Of a stretch of 64,000 bases of DNA, positions 10,025-19,825 are shown in pieces. The notes under the pieces were generated by a model, which made no database searches, was not told the DNA's origin, and saw only the letters and a list, made by a program, of their open reading frames with translations. Within the stretch, counting starts at the first letter, position 1, and each line of letters opens with the position of its first letter. The stretch comes from a virus: IMG/VR virus record IMGVR_UViG_3300024261_000015, positions 1 to 64,000 of that record; one strand, given 5' to 3'. A program made the translations under genes and the position numbers.

Positions 10025-10809
10025 TGGCTGGCGCTTTTTGGACTATAGACGCGATAAGAACCGAGCTGGAAGCTTTGGACCTTCACGCTGGGTATCAACC
10101 TGCTAATTTCTATAAAGACTTTACTCGTAGGTTAAAAGAGATATTAGGGGGGTTCCAAGTCCTTAAAGGTGATGGCACTTTAAGAACTGTAGATATTATT
10201 TATGCAAATCCTGAGCGAGCCATTGCTAAAATAACTGAAACTAAAAATACTCTTCTGCCTATCCTCTCACTTCAGTTTGAGGGTGTAGAGTTAGACACCA
10301 CTAGGAGAAAGCCTGCCGCCGCTATTGTAGAAAAGAAGTTCTGGGATAGCGACAAACAAAGGGCTATTCGATACATTGCGTTAGCCCCTCCAGCGGCCAA
10401 CCTATCATTTGGTGTAAATGTTTGGGGTAAGTATGTGGATGAGGTTAATCAGCTTACTGAGCAGATATTACTTTTATTTCGACCCAATCTTAATATAGAT
10501 ATTCACCCTCATGAGAGCTACGAAGCTTTCGTGTTAGATGTAGGAGACGCTGCCAACTTGACGGCTGGAGATAGAGAGGACCGTGTAGTTAGACGTACTG
10601 TACGCTTTAAAGTAGAGTCTTACATTCCAGGTAATGTTTTTCGCTTTACAAATACAAGCGAAATGAAAACTTTAAATTTTGAACAATACATAGAAGAAAC
10701 TTCAGGTCTTCAAACTTTAGAAAGCTTTTATGCAGGCGGAGGGTTTCCTTTCGCTCTAAATAAAGTGGATAATAGGGGCGGAGGAATCACCACAATTCCA
10801 GGTTCATAA
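10024..10809 (+). CDS. gp15: Tail terminator/sheath stabilizer (T4 gp15-like)
   Basis: LPILSL and QLTEQILLLFRP motifs; lies before the sheath gene. Confidence 0.75.
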   Translation: MAGAFWTIDAIRTELEALDLHAGYQPANFYKDFTRRLKEILGGFQVLKGDGTLRTVDIIYANPERAIAKITETKNTLLPILSLQFEGVELDTTRRKPAAAIVEKKFWDSDKQRAIRYIALAPPAANLSFGVNVWGKYVDEVNQLTEQILLLFRPNLNIDIHPHESYEAFVLDVGDAANLTAGDREDRVVRRTVRFKVESYIPGNVFRFTNTSEMKTLNFEQYIEETSGLQTLESFYAGGGFPFALNKVDNRGGGITTIPGS

Positions 10810-10873
10810 CGAATTTAAAAAATCTGCGATGTTTTGCGAGCGAGTGTTCTAAATATAGTAGAGGAAAATCCTA

Positions 10874-11062
10874 ATGTCTGTTTATAAGAAAATTAAAAAT
10901 ACCACTCACCAAGGACTTGAAGTGATTATTAAGACCCCTTCGGGTCAATTTGACCATATTTGGGTTCCTTCAAAACAGTCGGTTGTAGTCCCCACCGATT
11001 CAATCACTGATTTAATTCGTGTCGCTGAGCAGCGACAAATGGTTAAAATCACAAACGCTTAA
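10874..11062 (+). CDS. Small hypothetical protein
   Basis: GAGGA RBS and CTAAATA motif upstream. Confidence 0.65.
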   Translation: MSVYKKIKNTTHQGLEVIIKTPSGQFDHIWVPSKQSVVVPTDSITDLIRVAEQRQMVKITNA

Positions 11063-11083
11063 TTAATAGGAGAATATTAAAAC

Positions 11084-13282
11084 ATGCCTGCATACGTTAG
11101 CCCTGGTGTATATGTCATCGAAAAGGACTGGTCTGATTACAGCCCGTCCCTTAACTCTACTTCGGTAGGGATTCTTGGCTTTGCCTCTCAAGGTCCAGTT
11201 GGATTAGCTACTTTAGTTACCAACGCGGACCAACTCGTTAGTAGATTCGGTCGCCCCGATGACGCTGAAGGTGGTTTTGGTCTTATCGGTGCTTACCATA
11301 TCCTAGACCGAACCAATACAGTTTACTTTACGCGAACTGCTACTACTGATGCTGCTGTAGCTGAGGTTGGTGTTAAGGTTGGTAATTGTCCTCACGTTGG
11401 TGCCACGGAACTTACTACGAATAACAACTATCTCTTTATTGTGAGCGTTAAGGATGGTGTCGGACTTGATAGGACTACTACCCCCCTAATCTTCAACTGC
11501 CCCGCAGCGTCAAGTAACGCTTCCCTTGTAGGAGGCGCTGATGCTATTATGAATCAGGTCAATATTCGCACTACGCCTAATTCTCCTGTATCTTTCAACA
11601 GGCTAACCAGCGCTACTGGTGACTTTGTCGGCTCGTTCGCGGGCTCGGGCGCGGAAGTCGAGATTTACGCATGGTCTTCAACAGCGTCATTTGGTGTTAT
11701 CCCCCCAGGAACTACAGGTGGCGTAGGTGGAACTGTCAGCAGTTTGTCTGCGAACAACGCTGCTCTAGCTGATGTAAGCGGTAACATGACGCTAACCCCC
11801 AATAACGGAGTTGAAGATATTGCGGTCGCTTCAGGAGTTACTTCTTCTGGAACTGAGTTCGAGTTATCCGCTGTAAGTGGTGGTGGTTATATCACCCGCA
11901 GTTTATATCCTGGTGCAGGGTACAACTTTAGTAGTACCATTGAAACCTATGGTATTAAAAATACTGGATTACAGAACCTTACTAGGTCTAATCAGGGAGC
12001 TAGGTCCCAGTTTAGCATCTTAAGAGGAGGGGGTACCGAGCAAGGGGTCGAAGTTGAGTGTGTTTATAATGCTAATGGGATTGACCTTTCTCCTTCTGCC
12101 GTTCTTAACGGTACGGCTGATGAATCTAACAAGACATCTGATTTGATGATTGGTGAATTTGCAGTAGACCTTTCGAGTAGAGATGACGTGCTATGGACAT
12201 TACCTACTTCTTGGGGAGAGGGCTTCGGAGGTGGTAAGGTTACTATCTTTACTGCTTCAGGAGATACAGTTACTAGTGAATTCGATGCAACCGATATTAA
12301 ATACGGAAAGTTAGTTGATGGTACCTACGATTATGCTAGTGGTATTAACGGTGACCTTTCGGCTGGAATGTCATTCGCTGACCCAGATGTAAAAGCTGCG
12401 GTCATTGGAGATGCAGCCCAAGCTAACGGTATTTACTCTTTTCTTAAGGAAGACATTGATGTCTCTATCTTAGCGATTCCTGGGTGTACTGAACAGAATA
12501 TTGTCAATAACGCAATTTCTATTGCAGCGGATTCCCAAGAGTTCCTGTTTGTAACTAACCCTCCATTAGGGGTTACTTCCCCCCAAAATGCTATTGCATG
12601 GTCAAATGGAACTGCGGAAGGTCGAACTGCCGCGCTTAATAGTTCTTATGCCTGCGTGTACTGGCCTTGGGTGAAGTTATTTAATACCTTTACGCAAGTG
12701 GATGAGTACGTCTCCCCCGATATCTTTGCGATTCGACAGATGGCCTTTACTGATAACAATTTTGATGCTTGGTTCGCTCCTGCGGGTCTTGTGCGAGGTC
12801 GTTTGACGAAGCCTGTTGATGTGGAGATGGTTCTAACCCAAGGGGACCGAGATGCTCTCTACGGTCCTGGAAATATCATTAACCCTGTACAGAAGTTTGC
12901 CACTGAAGGTATTGTTCTGTGGGGTCAACGCACTACTCAAAGAACGGCAACTGCGCTTGACCGAATTAATGTTCGTCGCTTGATGATTGTCATTCGTAAG
13001 ATGCTTATTGCATCCACGCGACAGTTCGTTTTCGAGCCTAACGACGCAGCAACTTGGAAGCGTATCGTCAACGCTGTTGAACCTATGATGGCTGACATTA
13101 AGAGCCGTCGAGGTGTGATAGATTTCAAGGTTATCTGTGACGGCACTACCAACACTCCAATCCGCATCGACAGAAGCGAGTTATGGTGTAAAGTAATTCT
13201 TCAGCCCACTAAAGCGGCGGAAGTTATCGTTTTCGAGCTTAACCTTACAAGCGCAACCCTGGGGCTTAACTTACCCTCATAG
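11084..13282 (+). CDS. gp18: Tail sheath protein (T4 gp18-like)
   Basis: YVSPGVYVIEKD, WFAPAG..RG, LDRINVRRL and FEPND motifs. Confidence 0.97.
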   Translation: MPAYVSPGVYVIEKDWSDYSPSLNSTSVGILGFASQGPVGLATLVTNADQLVSRFGRPDDAEGGFGLIGAYHILDRTNTVYFTRTATTDAAVAEVGVKVGNCPHVGATELTTNNNYLFIVSVKDGVGLDRTTTPLIFNCPAASSNASLVGGADAIMNQVNIRTTPNSPVSFNRLTSATGDFVGSFAGSGAEVEIYAWSSTASFGVIPPGTTGGVGGTVSSLSANNAALADVSGNMTLTPNNGVEDIAVASGVTSSGTEFELSAVSGGGYITRSLYPGAGYNFSSTIETYGIKNTGLQNLTRSNQGARSQFSILRGGGTEQGVEVECVYNANGIDLSPSAVLNGTADESNKTSDLMIGEFAVDLSSRDDVLWTLPTSWGEGFGGGKVTIFTASGDTVTSEFDATDIKYGKLVDGTYDYASGINGDLSAGMSFADPDVKAAVIGDAAQANGIYSFLKEDIDVSILAIPGCTEQNIVNNAISIAADSQEFLFVTNPPLGVTSPQNAIAWSNGTAEGRTAALNSSYACVYWPWVKLFNTFTQVDEYVSPDIFAIRQMAFTDNNFDAWFAPAGLVRGRLTKPVDVEMVLTQGDRDALYGPGNIINPVQKFATEGIVLWGQRTTQRTATALDRINVRRLMIVIRKMLIASTRQFVFEPNDAATWKRIVNAVEPMMADIKSRRGVIDFKVICDGTTNTPIRIDRSELWCKVILQPTKAAEVIVFELNLTSATLGLNLPS

Positions 13283-13319
13283 CTTGAAAGCTATATAAAA
13301 TAGGAGAATAACAAATACT

Positions 13320-13997
13320 ATGGTTAATGTAGACTTATCAGACTTTTTTGGCGAAACAGGCCGAGTCTTAGACGTAGCTGGCTTTACTGCTGGCACGGAA
13401 CTATTTCATCGGTACGATTCATATCGTACATATAGCTGGCTAATCCGCATTAATGGGATTGGAGGCGTTGTAGGAAGTATTCTTGCAAACACTGGTCTAA
13501 CCGACCCTGACAACGTTTTAACTCTTGCTGCGAAGCAAGTAGGCCAAATTGGCTACAGCGTTGAAGATATTATGGTTGACCGTGTTAACGACAAGTTTTA
13601 CTATCCTGGGCGTCCGTCCACTGAAGAGACGGTTGTTACTTTTGACAACCTTCTTAAAGGTGATGCGGCTAAAGCACTTTTCAATTGGATGCGTACTACG
13701 TATGACCCAATTACGGGTACCCACTCAACTAGCGTTGCATCAAACATCGCAGGGCAGCTTATCCAAGGTGGAGGAGGCTTTAAGCGTACCGTAGATGTTG
13801 TTCTTCTAGACAACACTCGTAAACCTCAATGGGTTGCACGCTTATATGGCTGTTACCCTAAGAACTTTAGGCTTGCTGAGTTTAATTACTCTTCTAACGA
13901 ATTCCATTCCATTGAGTGTACCCTAAGGTACGACATGGTTGGGTACTTCAAGAATGGTGATAATGTGTTCGAAGATATTCTCGCTCCCTTGACCTAA
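13320..13997 (+). CDS. gp19: Tail tube protein (T4 gp19-like)
   Basis: Follows the sheath gene; YYPGR, LYGCYP and TLRYD motifs. Confidence 0.85.
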   Translation: MVNVDLSDFFGETGRVLDVAGFTAGTELFHRYDSYRTYSWLIRINGIGGVVGSILANTGLTDPDNVLTLAAKQVGQIGYSVEDIMVDRVNDKFYYPGRPSTEETVVTFDNLLKGDAAKALFNWMRTTYDPITGTHSTSVASNIAGQLIQGGGGFKRTVDVVLLDNTRKPQWVARLYGCYPKNFRLAEFNYSSNEFHSIECTLRYDMVGYFKNGDNVFEDILAPLT

Positions 13998-14018
13998 TTT
14001 ATAATTAGATTATATCTG

Positions 14019-14057
14019 AGGTGGCTCCTAAATATATTAGGAGCCACCTTTTTTTTT
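14019..14057 (+). terminator. Terminator hairpin overlapping a late-promoter-like CTAAATA
   Basis: AGGTGGCTCCTAA-ATATA-TTAGGAGCCACCT plus a T run. Confidence 0.8.
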
Positions 14058-14059
14058 AC

Positions 14060-16783
14060 ATGACTACAAGCGTTTTTACTGAGCTACTCTCTTCCTACAG
14101 CGGACTTCGGAAGAGGACATGGACTCCGTCTACTTTAAATGAAGCGTTTGACCCTACGCCTGAGCAGCAAGCGGCTGTGGGGGAAATTGAAGCGACTTTT
14201 AAAGCCGCTCTTAGCGGTCAACTTCAATACAGTAAGGGTAAGAAGAAAAACATTAGTATGGTTTTAAAAGATGGGAAAGTAACCATCTCAGGGTCTAATG
14301 TAGGTAATAAAAGTCTTGATAACGCAGGCTGGCAAAATGAGTGGCCGAAACTTAGCCATTCAGGGTCATGGGCACGAAAACTTTTGAATGCGTGGGCTCC
14401 CGCAGAAGAGGAGGATAAGGCTCCCGCAGGAGAGGGGGATAAGGCTCCTACGCAGCCTGACCTTATTAACCGTGACGGTACTGGTGTGATTGGTAGTGCG
14501 GAGGGAGGTGTACAGTTCTCCCCCGAGCAACGTAAACTTGTAGAAGAATTCTTTGTAGACGAAAGAGGTATGAGCGAGGGCGCTGCGAAAGAGACTGTAA
14601 AGAAGCTAGAGAAGACTGTCAATACTCCTCGCAAAAATACTAGGATAGGTAGAGCGTTGGCTTCTATTATGGGCGGAGCTAGACGTGAAATGGCTAATAA
14701 GGCTAAGCAGCAAGCTCTTTTATGTGTCGTGTCTTTAGTTACGGCTCTTGAAAAAGTAGAAACTGTAAAATTAGCAGACGGTTCCTTTCACAGAATAATG
14801 CCCGATGGTAAGCTTACAACGGAGGAGAGGCAAGCCCTTAGAATTACTACTATTAGGGGCTCCAAAGGTACAAAAGGAGTGTTCTTTGGTAGGTTAAATG
14901 CTGATGCCGAACTTTTCGACGCCTTGCAAGAACTTGCGCTTGAGGACCATAATACCTATGGCACTACGTTTGGTACGGGTTTAAATGAGAGCCTTGAGGG
15001 TTTACGAGGTGTACGTTTACTGCCTTCAGGAGTACTGCCAGAAACTATATCCGACGCTGAAGCTTTAGAAGCATATCCTGCTGCTGTAGGTAAATCTACA
15101 TCATCAGGAAAAAATGATTGGGTTGGTAAGCTTACTGAAGATGTTGTAGAGCTTAAAATTGCTCTTATGACGGGGGATAAAGAGCAAATGCGGGAAGCAG
15201 TTAAGAGTCTAAACCAGCGTTTATCTTCCGCTCACGATTTATCGACCGCAGACGCGGAGTACCTAGAGGCTGCTTTATTGAGCGATGAGTTCGACCAACT
15301 TGAATACTTTAAAAGGCTGGATACCCTTGGCATAGGTCCTGAGGAGCAAGTCCGACAGGCTATGCTAGAATCCGCTATGCAGGTAGAGTTGTTCTTCGCG
15401 CAGGCGGGTATCTCTAAAGATGGTGTTATGGCTGTCTGCCGACCTTCTCAAGCTAGTGAAATGGGGTACAAATCTGATGTAGATATTATTCTTACGTCCG
15501 ACGCTGTTAAAAAAATGAATCAACCTTTTAGAGGCGCTGCGTTTAAAGATGCAAACGGTAACTGGAAATTGAGTTTATCGGTTAAAAACTATCGAGCGTT
15601 GGACGGTGACACGGTAATAGGTTCTAGCTCTTTAAATAAGGCTTATGCTTCTATCCCTACGGCAGGCAAGGCCACTACCGAACAGATTGCTTTAGCACGC
15701 CGTTACAGGTTAACGTCTGATAGGTTACACACCTCTTTTTTAGATAGGGCCGTTGAGGATGGAGATATGACAGAAGATGAGGCGAAGAGTTGTGTTCAGG
15801 CGGTAGAGACTGACCGTGTAATGCGAGAGAACATTGAAGCTAAGATTGGAAATCTAAGTGCTCCTAATCTAGGGAATCTTCAATCTTACTTATCAGAACT
15901 GGAGAAGTATCCTCCTCCTCATGCGCCTGGAACTGGCGTTGCCGCAGGTCGTATAGCTGACGCGGCTTATAAAGCGGAATTAAAAAGTATTAAGGCTAAG
16001 CTAAAGGAAGGTTCCTCAGGCGCGAAGTTTGCCGCTTTAAAGTTATGGCAGCTTAAACGAATGCAAATGGCTCAGGCAAATCCTGAATATGCCCGAGCCG
16101 CTGCGTATAATGATTTTGTATTTTCGGCGGGCACTTTTGATAATGAGGTTATGTACAGAGGCTCTCCAGGAAAGCTTACGCTTAGCACTAATCACGGTAC
16201 GTACAGTGAATTAGCAAAACGCCTCTTTAAAGGTAAAGGGACAGCTTCCCTTACTACGAGCAGTTCTCAAATTCATGACGCCCAGGGTAATACTATTGCG
16301 GATACGAGAGTAACTGCCAAGAAGACGATGACTGGAGGCCGTAAACTTCAAGGGGAAGCTAAACTCACTACTGCAGGAAGAGAGGCGGTTGCAACGACTC
16401 ATAATTTACCTACCCCTAAAGACACTAACCCTTCCTTACCTTCCTTCTTAGGTACTCAAAGAGAGTCCGTTGAAGATGCTATGGGAGAAAACCCAGAAAG
16501 TCAAGAAGAAGAGTCTCTTACAGGCTCTCCTCTTTCCCGCATCCTACAGCAACTCCCTCCTATGGAGGTGGGGGACCCTCAACAGGTTGGAGATAAGCTT
16601 ATTACTACCCTATTCCCTTTCTGTTTAAAAGTCAAACATGAGGGTGAGGAGTTTGAGGGTGGTTTCCCTGGTAAAAGTAAAGCTCTCAAAGCGTTAGCCC
16701 TCATTCGTCTCCTCGCTAAAGAGCAAGGAGAGACTATTGACGCTAAGGTAGTGGATTACGATGCGGGTAGAGTCTTTAGTTGA
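14060..16783 (+). CDS. Large hypothetical protein (~907 aa)
   Basis: Long ORF; ATG 14060 follows the terminator; a possible KSD..LSVK nuclease-like motif is unconfirmed. Confidence 0.7.
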   Translation: MTTSVFTELLSSYSGLRKRTWTPSTLNEAFDPTPEQQAAVGEIEATFKAALSGQLQYSKGKKKNISMVLKDGKVTISGSNVGNKSLDNAGWQNEWPKLSHSGSWARKLLNAWAPAEEEDKAPAGEGDKAPTQPDLINRDGTGVIGSAEGGVQFSPEQRKLVEEFFVDERGMSEGAAKETVKKLEKTVNTPRKNTRIGRALASIMGGARREMANKAKQQALLCVVSLVTALEKVETVKLADGSFHRIMPDGKLTTEERQALRITTIRGSKGTKGVFFGRLNADAELFDALQELALEDHNTYGTTFGTGLNESLEGLRGVRLLPSGVLPETISDAEALEAYPAAVGKSTSSGKNDWVGKLTEDVVELKIALMTGDKEQMREAVKSLNQRLSSAHDLSTADAEYLEAALLSDEFDQLEYFKRLDTLGIGPEEQVRQAMLESAMQVELFFAQAGISKDGVMAVCRPSQASEMGYKSDVDIILTSDAVKKMNQPFRGAAFKDANGNWKLSLSVKNYRALDGDTVIGSSSLNKAYASIPTAGKATTEQIALARRYRLTSDRLHTSFLDRAVEDGDMTEDEAKSCVQAVETDRVMRENIEAKIGNLSAPNLGNLQSYLSELEKYPPPHAPGTGVAAGRIADAAYKAELKSIKAKLKEGSSGAKFAALKLWQLKRMQMAQANPEYARAAAYNDFVFSAGTFDNEVMYRGSPGKLTLSTNHGTYSELAKRLFKGKGTASLTTSSSQIHDAQGNTIADTRVTAKKTMTGGRKLQGEAKLTTAGREAVATTHNLPTPKDTNPSLPSFLGTQRESVEDAMGENPESQEEESLTGSPLSRILQQLPPMEVGDPQQVGDKLITTLFPFCLKVKHEGEEFEGGFPGKSKALKALALIRLLAKEQGETIDAKVVDYDAGRVFS

Positions 16784-17282
16784 ACCAGAAGGCTTCAGGC
16801 AGCGCTAGAACGTCTTTAAGGAGATACACGTAATAGTTGTCGCCTACAACAACGAAGTGCGTTAGACACGCTAAGGGACCGTCTACGACGACAAGCTCTT
16901 TACGCCTGTCCTTCTTGTAGATAAGCATCCACTCCCTAGAGCATCTTTGAGCATCCCCTTTGGCTTGTTCAATAAACTTGAAGAAGTTACTGGTAGGTTT
17001 GAACAGGTCATCAAGCTCTAGCGTATAGCCACTCTTACATTCGATAGTATATTTGAAATTTTGTGGCGTTATTAGGTCTCCATGGACTATAAGATGTTGT
17101 GGGAGTTGATGGGTTGACCCAAATGCTCCCGAACCAGGGGTCCTGTTAAACTCGGTAGTTTTAAACCGCTCATTAAACATTTGAGCCATTTTTCTTTCGA
17201 AGTTAGCACCCTTTCTCTTACTATTAACCCTCGGCTTTTTGCCGAATTCCCCATTCCCTAAGATATTTCTTAAATTGGACAT
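16776..17282 (-). CDS. Holliday junction resolvase (PD-(D/E)XK, Hjc-like)
   Basis: SKRKGANFER, RTPGSGA, GDLI and IECK motifs. Confidence 0.85.
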   Translation of the reverse strand: MSNLRNILGNGEFGKKPRVNSKRKGANFERKMAQMFNERFKTTEFNRTPGSGAFGSTHQLPQHLIVHGDLITPQNFKYTIECKSGYTLELDDLFKPTSNFFKFIEQAKGDAQRCSREWMLIYKKDRRKELVVVDGPLACLTHFVVVGDNYYVYLLKDVLALPEAFWFN

Positions 17283-17287
17283 ATTCT

Positions 17288-17656
17288 ATGAAAGTCGAAA
17301 AAACCAAAATAAACCTAAAAACTAATGATTGGGTTTTTAAAATCCGTAATGAAGGAAGACGTATGAAGATTTACATGAAACTAACTCAAGCAGAATCATC
17401 TCAATGGAACGCAGTAAAAGGCGCGGTAATTGGGAAGGATTCTAAAATGTCCGATGGCGAGTTCGCTAAAGTTATGATGTTCCGTGGGCTTAATAGCTTT
17501 ATGGATGATGTTAATAAGGCTATCGAGGGCATGTCCGAAGAAGAGAAAGCCGAAGTACTGGAAACTGCTGGCGTACAGCCTGTTGACTCCGAAGTTGTTT
17601 TAGAAGTCCCTAACCTGAGCGAACTCGATGCGAGTATTGAAAAGTCTAACAGCTAA
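17288..17656 (+). CDS. Hypothetical protein
   Basis: 122-aa ORF. Confidence 0.6.
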   Translation: MKVEKTKINLKTNDWVFKIRNEGRRMKIYMKLTQAESSQWNAVKGAVIGKDSKMSDGEFAKVMMFRGLNSFMDDVNKAIEGMSEEEKAEVLETAGVQPVDSEVVLEVPNLSELDASIEKSNS

Positions 17657-17996
17657 AGACGAAAAGGTTCTTAATTCCCTTTTAAAGAATAAGAAGAGTA
17701 GTAGTTACACCTTATTGTATTATTCCGACTGGGATAAATGGTCTAATAAGGTGATAAAGGAGGCTGAGGCGTGGGCTTCTAAAGAGGGGGACGAGGTGTG
17801 TTACCTTATCTCTAGCTGGGAACTACCCCACGCGTTTGCTGCTTTCTCTATTTCTAGCGCACCTACTGTAGTAGAGGTTATTAACGGAGATATTAAAGTC
17901 TACGTTGAGTACCCTAGAGTGCATAGCTTCTTTAACCCTAGACCGAAGAAGAAGAAAAAGAAGAAGGTGCGTAAGGGTCCTCGTATTCCCGCGTAG
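17628..17996 (+). CDS. Thioredoxin-fold protein lacking CXXC
   Basis: LLYYSDWDKWS at the WCxxC position and FSISSAPTVV cis-Pro-like motif. Confidence 0.55.
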   Translation: MRVLKSLTAKDEKVLNSLLKNKKSSSYTLLYYSDWDKWSNKVIKEAEAWASKEGDEVCYLISSWELPHAFAAFSISSAPTVVEVINGDIKVYVEYPRVHSFFNPRPKKKKKKKVRKGPRIPA

Positions 17997-18348
17997 CGTT
18001 TAGGTTTGGGCCTAGGATGGCGTCCTTATAATCTTGAAGCTTCTTGTGGTACTTTTTATCCTTAGTGTATATCAACTTTAGGTTGTTTACAATAACTGTC
18101 GTGAAGTAGTTGAAAGCTGAACCATTTCCAGACTTAAAGTTCTTTAATGTCTTGAATACCAGCATGAAGCATTCTTGCTTAGCATCGTCAGGGTCTACCT
18201 TAAACTTAAAAGACTTTAAAATGTTTGTAATAAGTATATCAAGCAACATTACTAGTTCAGTTTCGTGCTCCTCAGGGTCCACTAAATAGAGCTTAATAAT
18301 CTCTTCGAATCTTTTATTGTCGAGGTAATGATTTTTTTTCTTCACCAT
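17938..18348 (-). CDS. gp55: Late-transcription sigma factor (T4 gp55-like)
   Basis: HYLDNKRF, DDAKQEC and NF...SAFNYFTT motifs. Confidence 0.8.
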   Translation of the reverse strand: MVKKKNHYLDNKRFEEIIKLYLVDPEEHETELVMLLDILITNILKSFKFKVDPDDAKQECFMLVFKTLKNFKSGNGSAFNYFTTVIVNNLKLIYTKDKKYHKKLQDYKDAILGPNLNATREYEDPYAPSSFSSSSV

Positions 18349-18363
18349 AACCTGTTATAGACG

Positions 18364-19338
18364 ATGAATATAGACGAACTACTAGAAAGTTTTGAAAAAA
18401 CTGAGAATGCTCACCTTGATACGGTGGGTTCAGAGCATATTATGCTCATTCACGACTCTTGTGTTAATCAGCGAGGTCAAGTTTTTTCATTTAAAGACAA
18501 CGAATTTGGGGTCTTAACCCAACTACTTGAAAAGACTAAACTAAAACGGGACGAGTATCAGTTTGTTGCCGCTATCAAATCCCTAGGGGTTTCTGAGAAA
18601 GATGCGACTACTGCAATGATTCATGAGAATCGCCCCCTCCTAGAAGACAACATCAAGACCGCTGACCCAGACCTTATCTTCGTACTAGGAAATCTAGCCA
18701 TGAAGACTCTTTTGAGGAAGTCTGGTATTGGCACTAAGAGAGGTAAGGAGTTTTGGATTGATGTGGATGGTAAGAGTGTTCCTGTAGTGCCTCTTTACCA
18801 CCCATTCTCTATTTACTCAGAGCCTAAACTTAGGACTCTCTTTATACAGGATATAGATAACGCTTATGATAAGTTTATTCTAGGTAAAAATAAACTAGCC
18901 AACTCGACTTATAATCTTCACAACGATGTTGACTCCGCGCTTAAAGCTATGAAGCACGCCTGTACTAAGGATATCGTTTCAATTGATATTGAAACTACAG
19001 GGCTGGACTACAAAAAAGATAAGATTACATCCATTGGTCTTGCTACTGGAGATAGAGAAGCCTTCGTTATCCCAATTTATCATAGAGAGTCCGAACTTTC
19101 TGATGATGATATCTCACGTGTCCGTGACAGCTTTACGCTGCTTTTGAAGGACCCCTCCATCGGTAAAATCTTTCATAACTGCAAGTTTGATTTAAAGTTC
19201 CTTAAAAACTGGGGAGTTCCTACCTTTAACAACATACATGACACTCAAATCATGCACTCTCTCGTAGATGAGAATAAACCTCACGGTCTTATGGATATAG
19301 TAAAGGAACATTGGCCTAGGGAACTTGAAGAGTTTTAA
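18364..19338 (+). CDS. DNA polymerase A, N-terminal part: UDG-like domain plus partial 3'-5' exonuclease
   Basis: PDLIFVLGNLA..PLYHP (UDG family-4-like); DIETTGL (ExoI); HNCKFD (ExoII); DTQIM. Confidence 0.85.
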   Translation: MNIDELLESFEKTENAHLDTVGSEHIMLIHDSCVNQRGQVFSFKDNEFGVLTQLLEKTKLKRDEYQFVAAIKSLGVSEKDATTAMIHENRPLLEDNIKTADPDLIFVLGNLAMKTLLRKSGIGTKRGKEFWIDVDGKSVPVVPLYHPFSIYSEPKLRTLFIQDIDNAYDKFILGKNKLANSTYNLHNDVDSALKAMKHACTKDIVSIDIETTGLDYKKDKITSIGLATGDREAFVIPIYHRESELSDDDISRVRDSFTLLLKDPSIGKIFHNCKFDLKFLKNWGVPTFNNIHDTQIMHSLVDENKPHGLMDIVKEHWPRELEEF

Positions 19339-19825
19339 AATGATTATGAAAATTGACCCCCAAGGCCGAAAAGCTGCTACGAACGGTGCAAAGTTCGAAG
19401 ATATAATTGAAGATGCTATAACTCAAGCTCTAGAAATCCCTAGCCGTAAATGGCCTAAAGAAGAGGAGCGGCTTACTACTGATAATGTTCTACTAAAGAA
19501 CGCACCTTACGAGAGCATTTACGGTACTAAATGTAGAAGTGAGTTTCTTTTGCGGTACCAGGGACGCGATATACGCATTGAATGTAAGTATCAGCAGTCA
19601 GCAGGAAGCGTTGACGAGAAGCTTCCATACTTAATGATGAATTTCACTCAAAAAGTAGATGAGGCAGAGACTATTATAATAACACACGGCGACGGCTTTC
19701 GTGACGGGGCGATTAATTGGCTCCGAGAATCATGCAGAGATACAAAGTGTAAAGTATTCACCCTCCTAGAATTTACCTTATACCTCGAAAACCTACGCAA
19801 TGCTAACAGTAGCCAAACAAGCTAA
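19325..19825 (+). CDS. PD-(D/E)XK endonuclease between the polymerase halves
   Basis: G..FE, SEF and IRIECKYQQSAGSVDEKLPY motifs. Confidence 0.8.
   Translation: MKSFKMIMKIDPQGRKAATNGAKFEDIIEDAITQALEIPSRKWPKEEERLTTDNVLLKNAPYESIYGTKCRSEFLLRYQGRDIRIECKYQQSAGSVDEKLPYLMMNFTQKVDEAETIIITHGDGFRDGAINWLRESCRDTKCKVFTLLEFTLYLENLRNANSSQTS

Noticed and set aside
19325-19825. Group I intron or intein in the polymerase
   Set aside because: The inserted ORF overlaps both polymerase ORFs in another frame, there is no spacer for a ribozyme core, and no intein terminal motifs are visible
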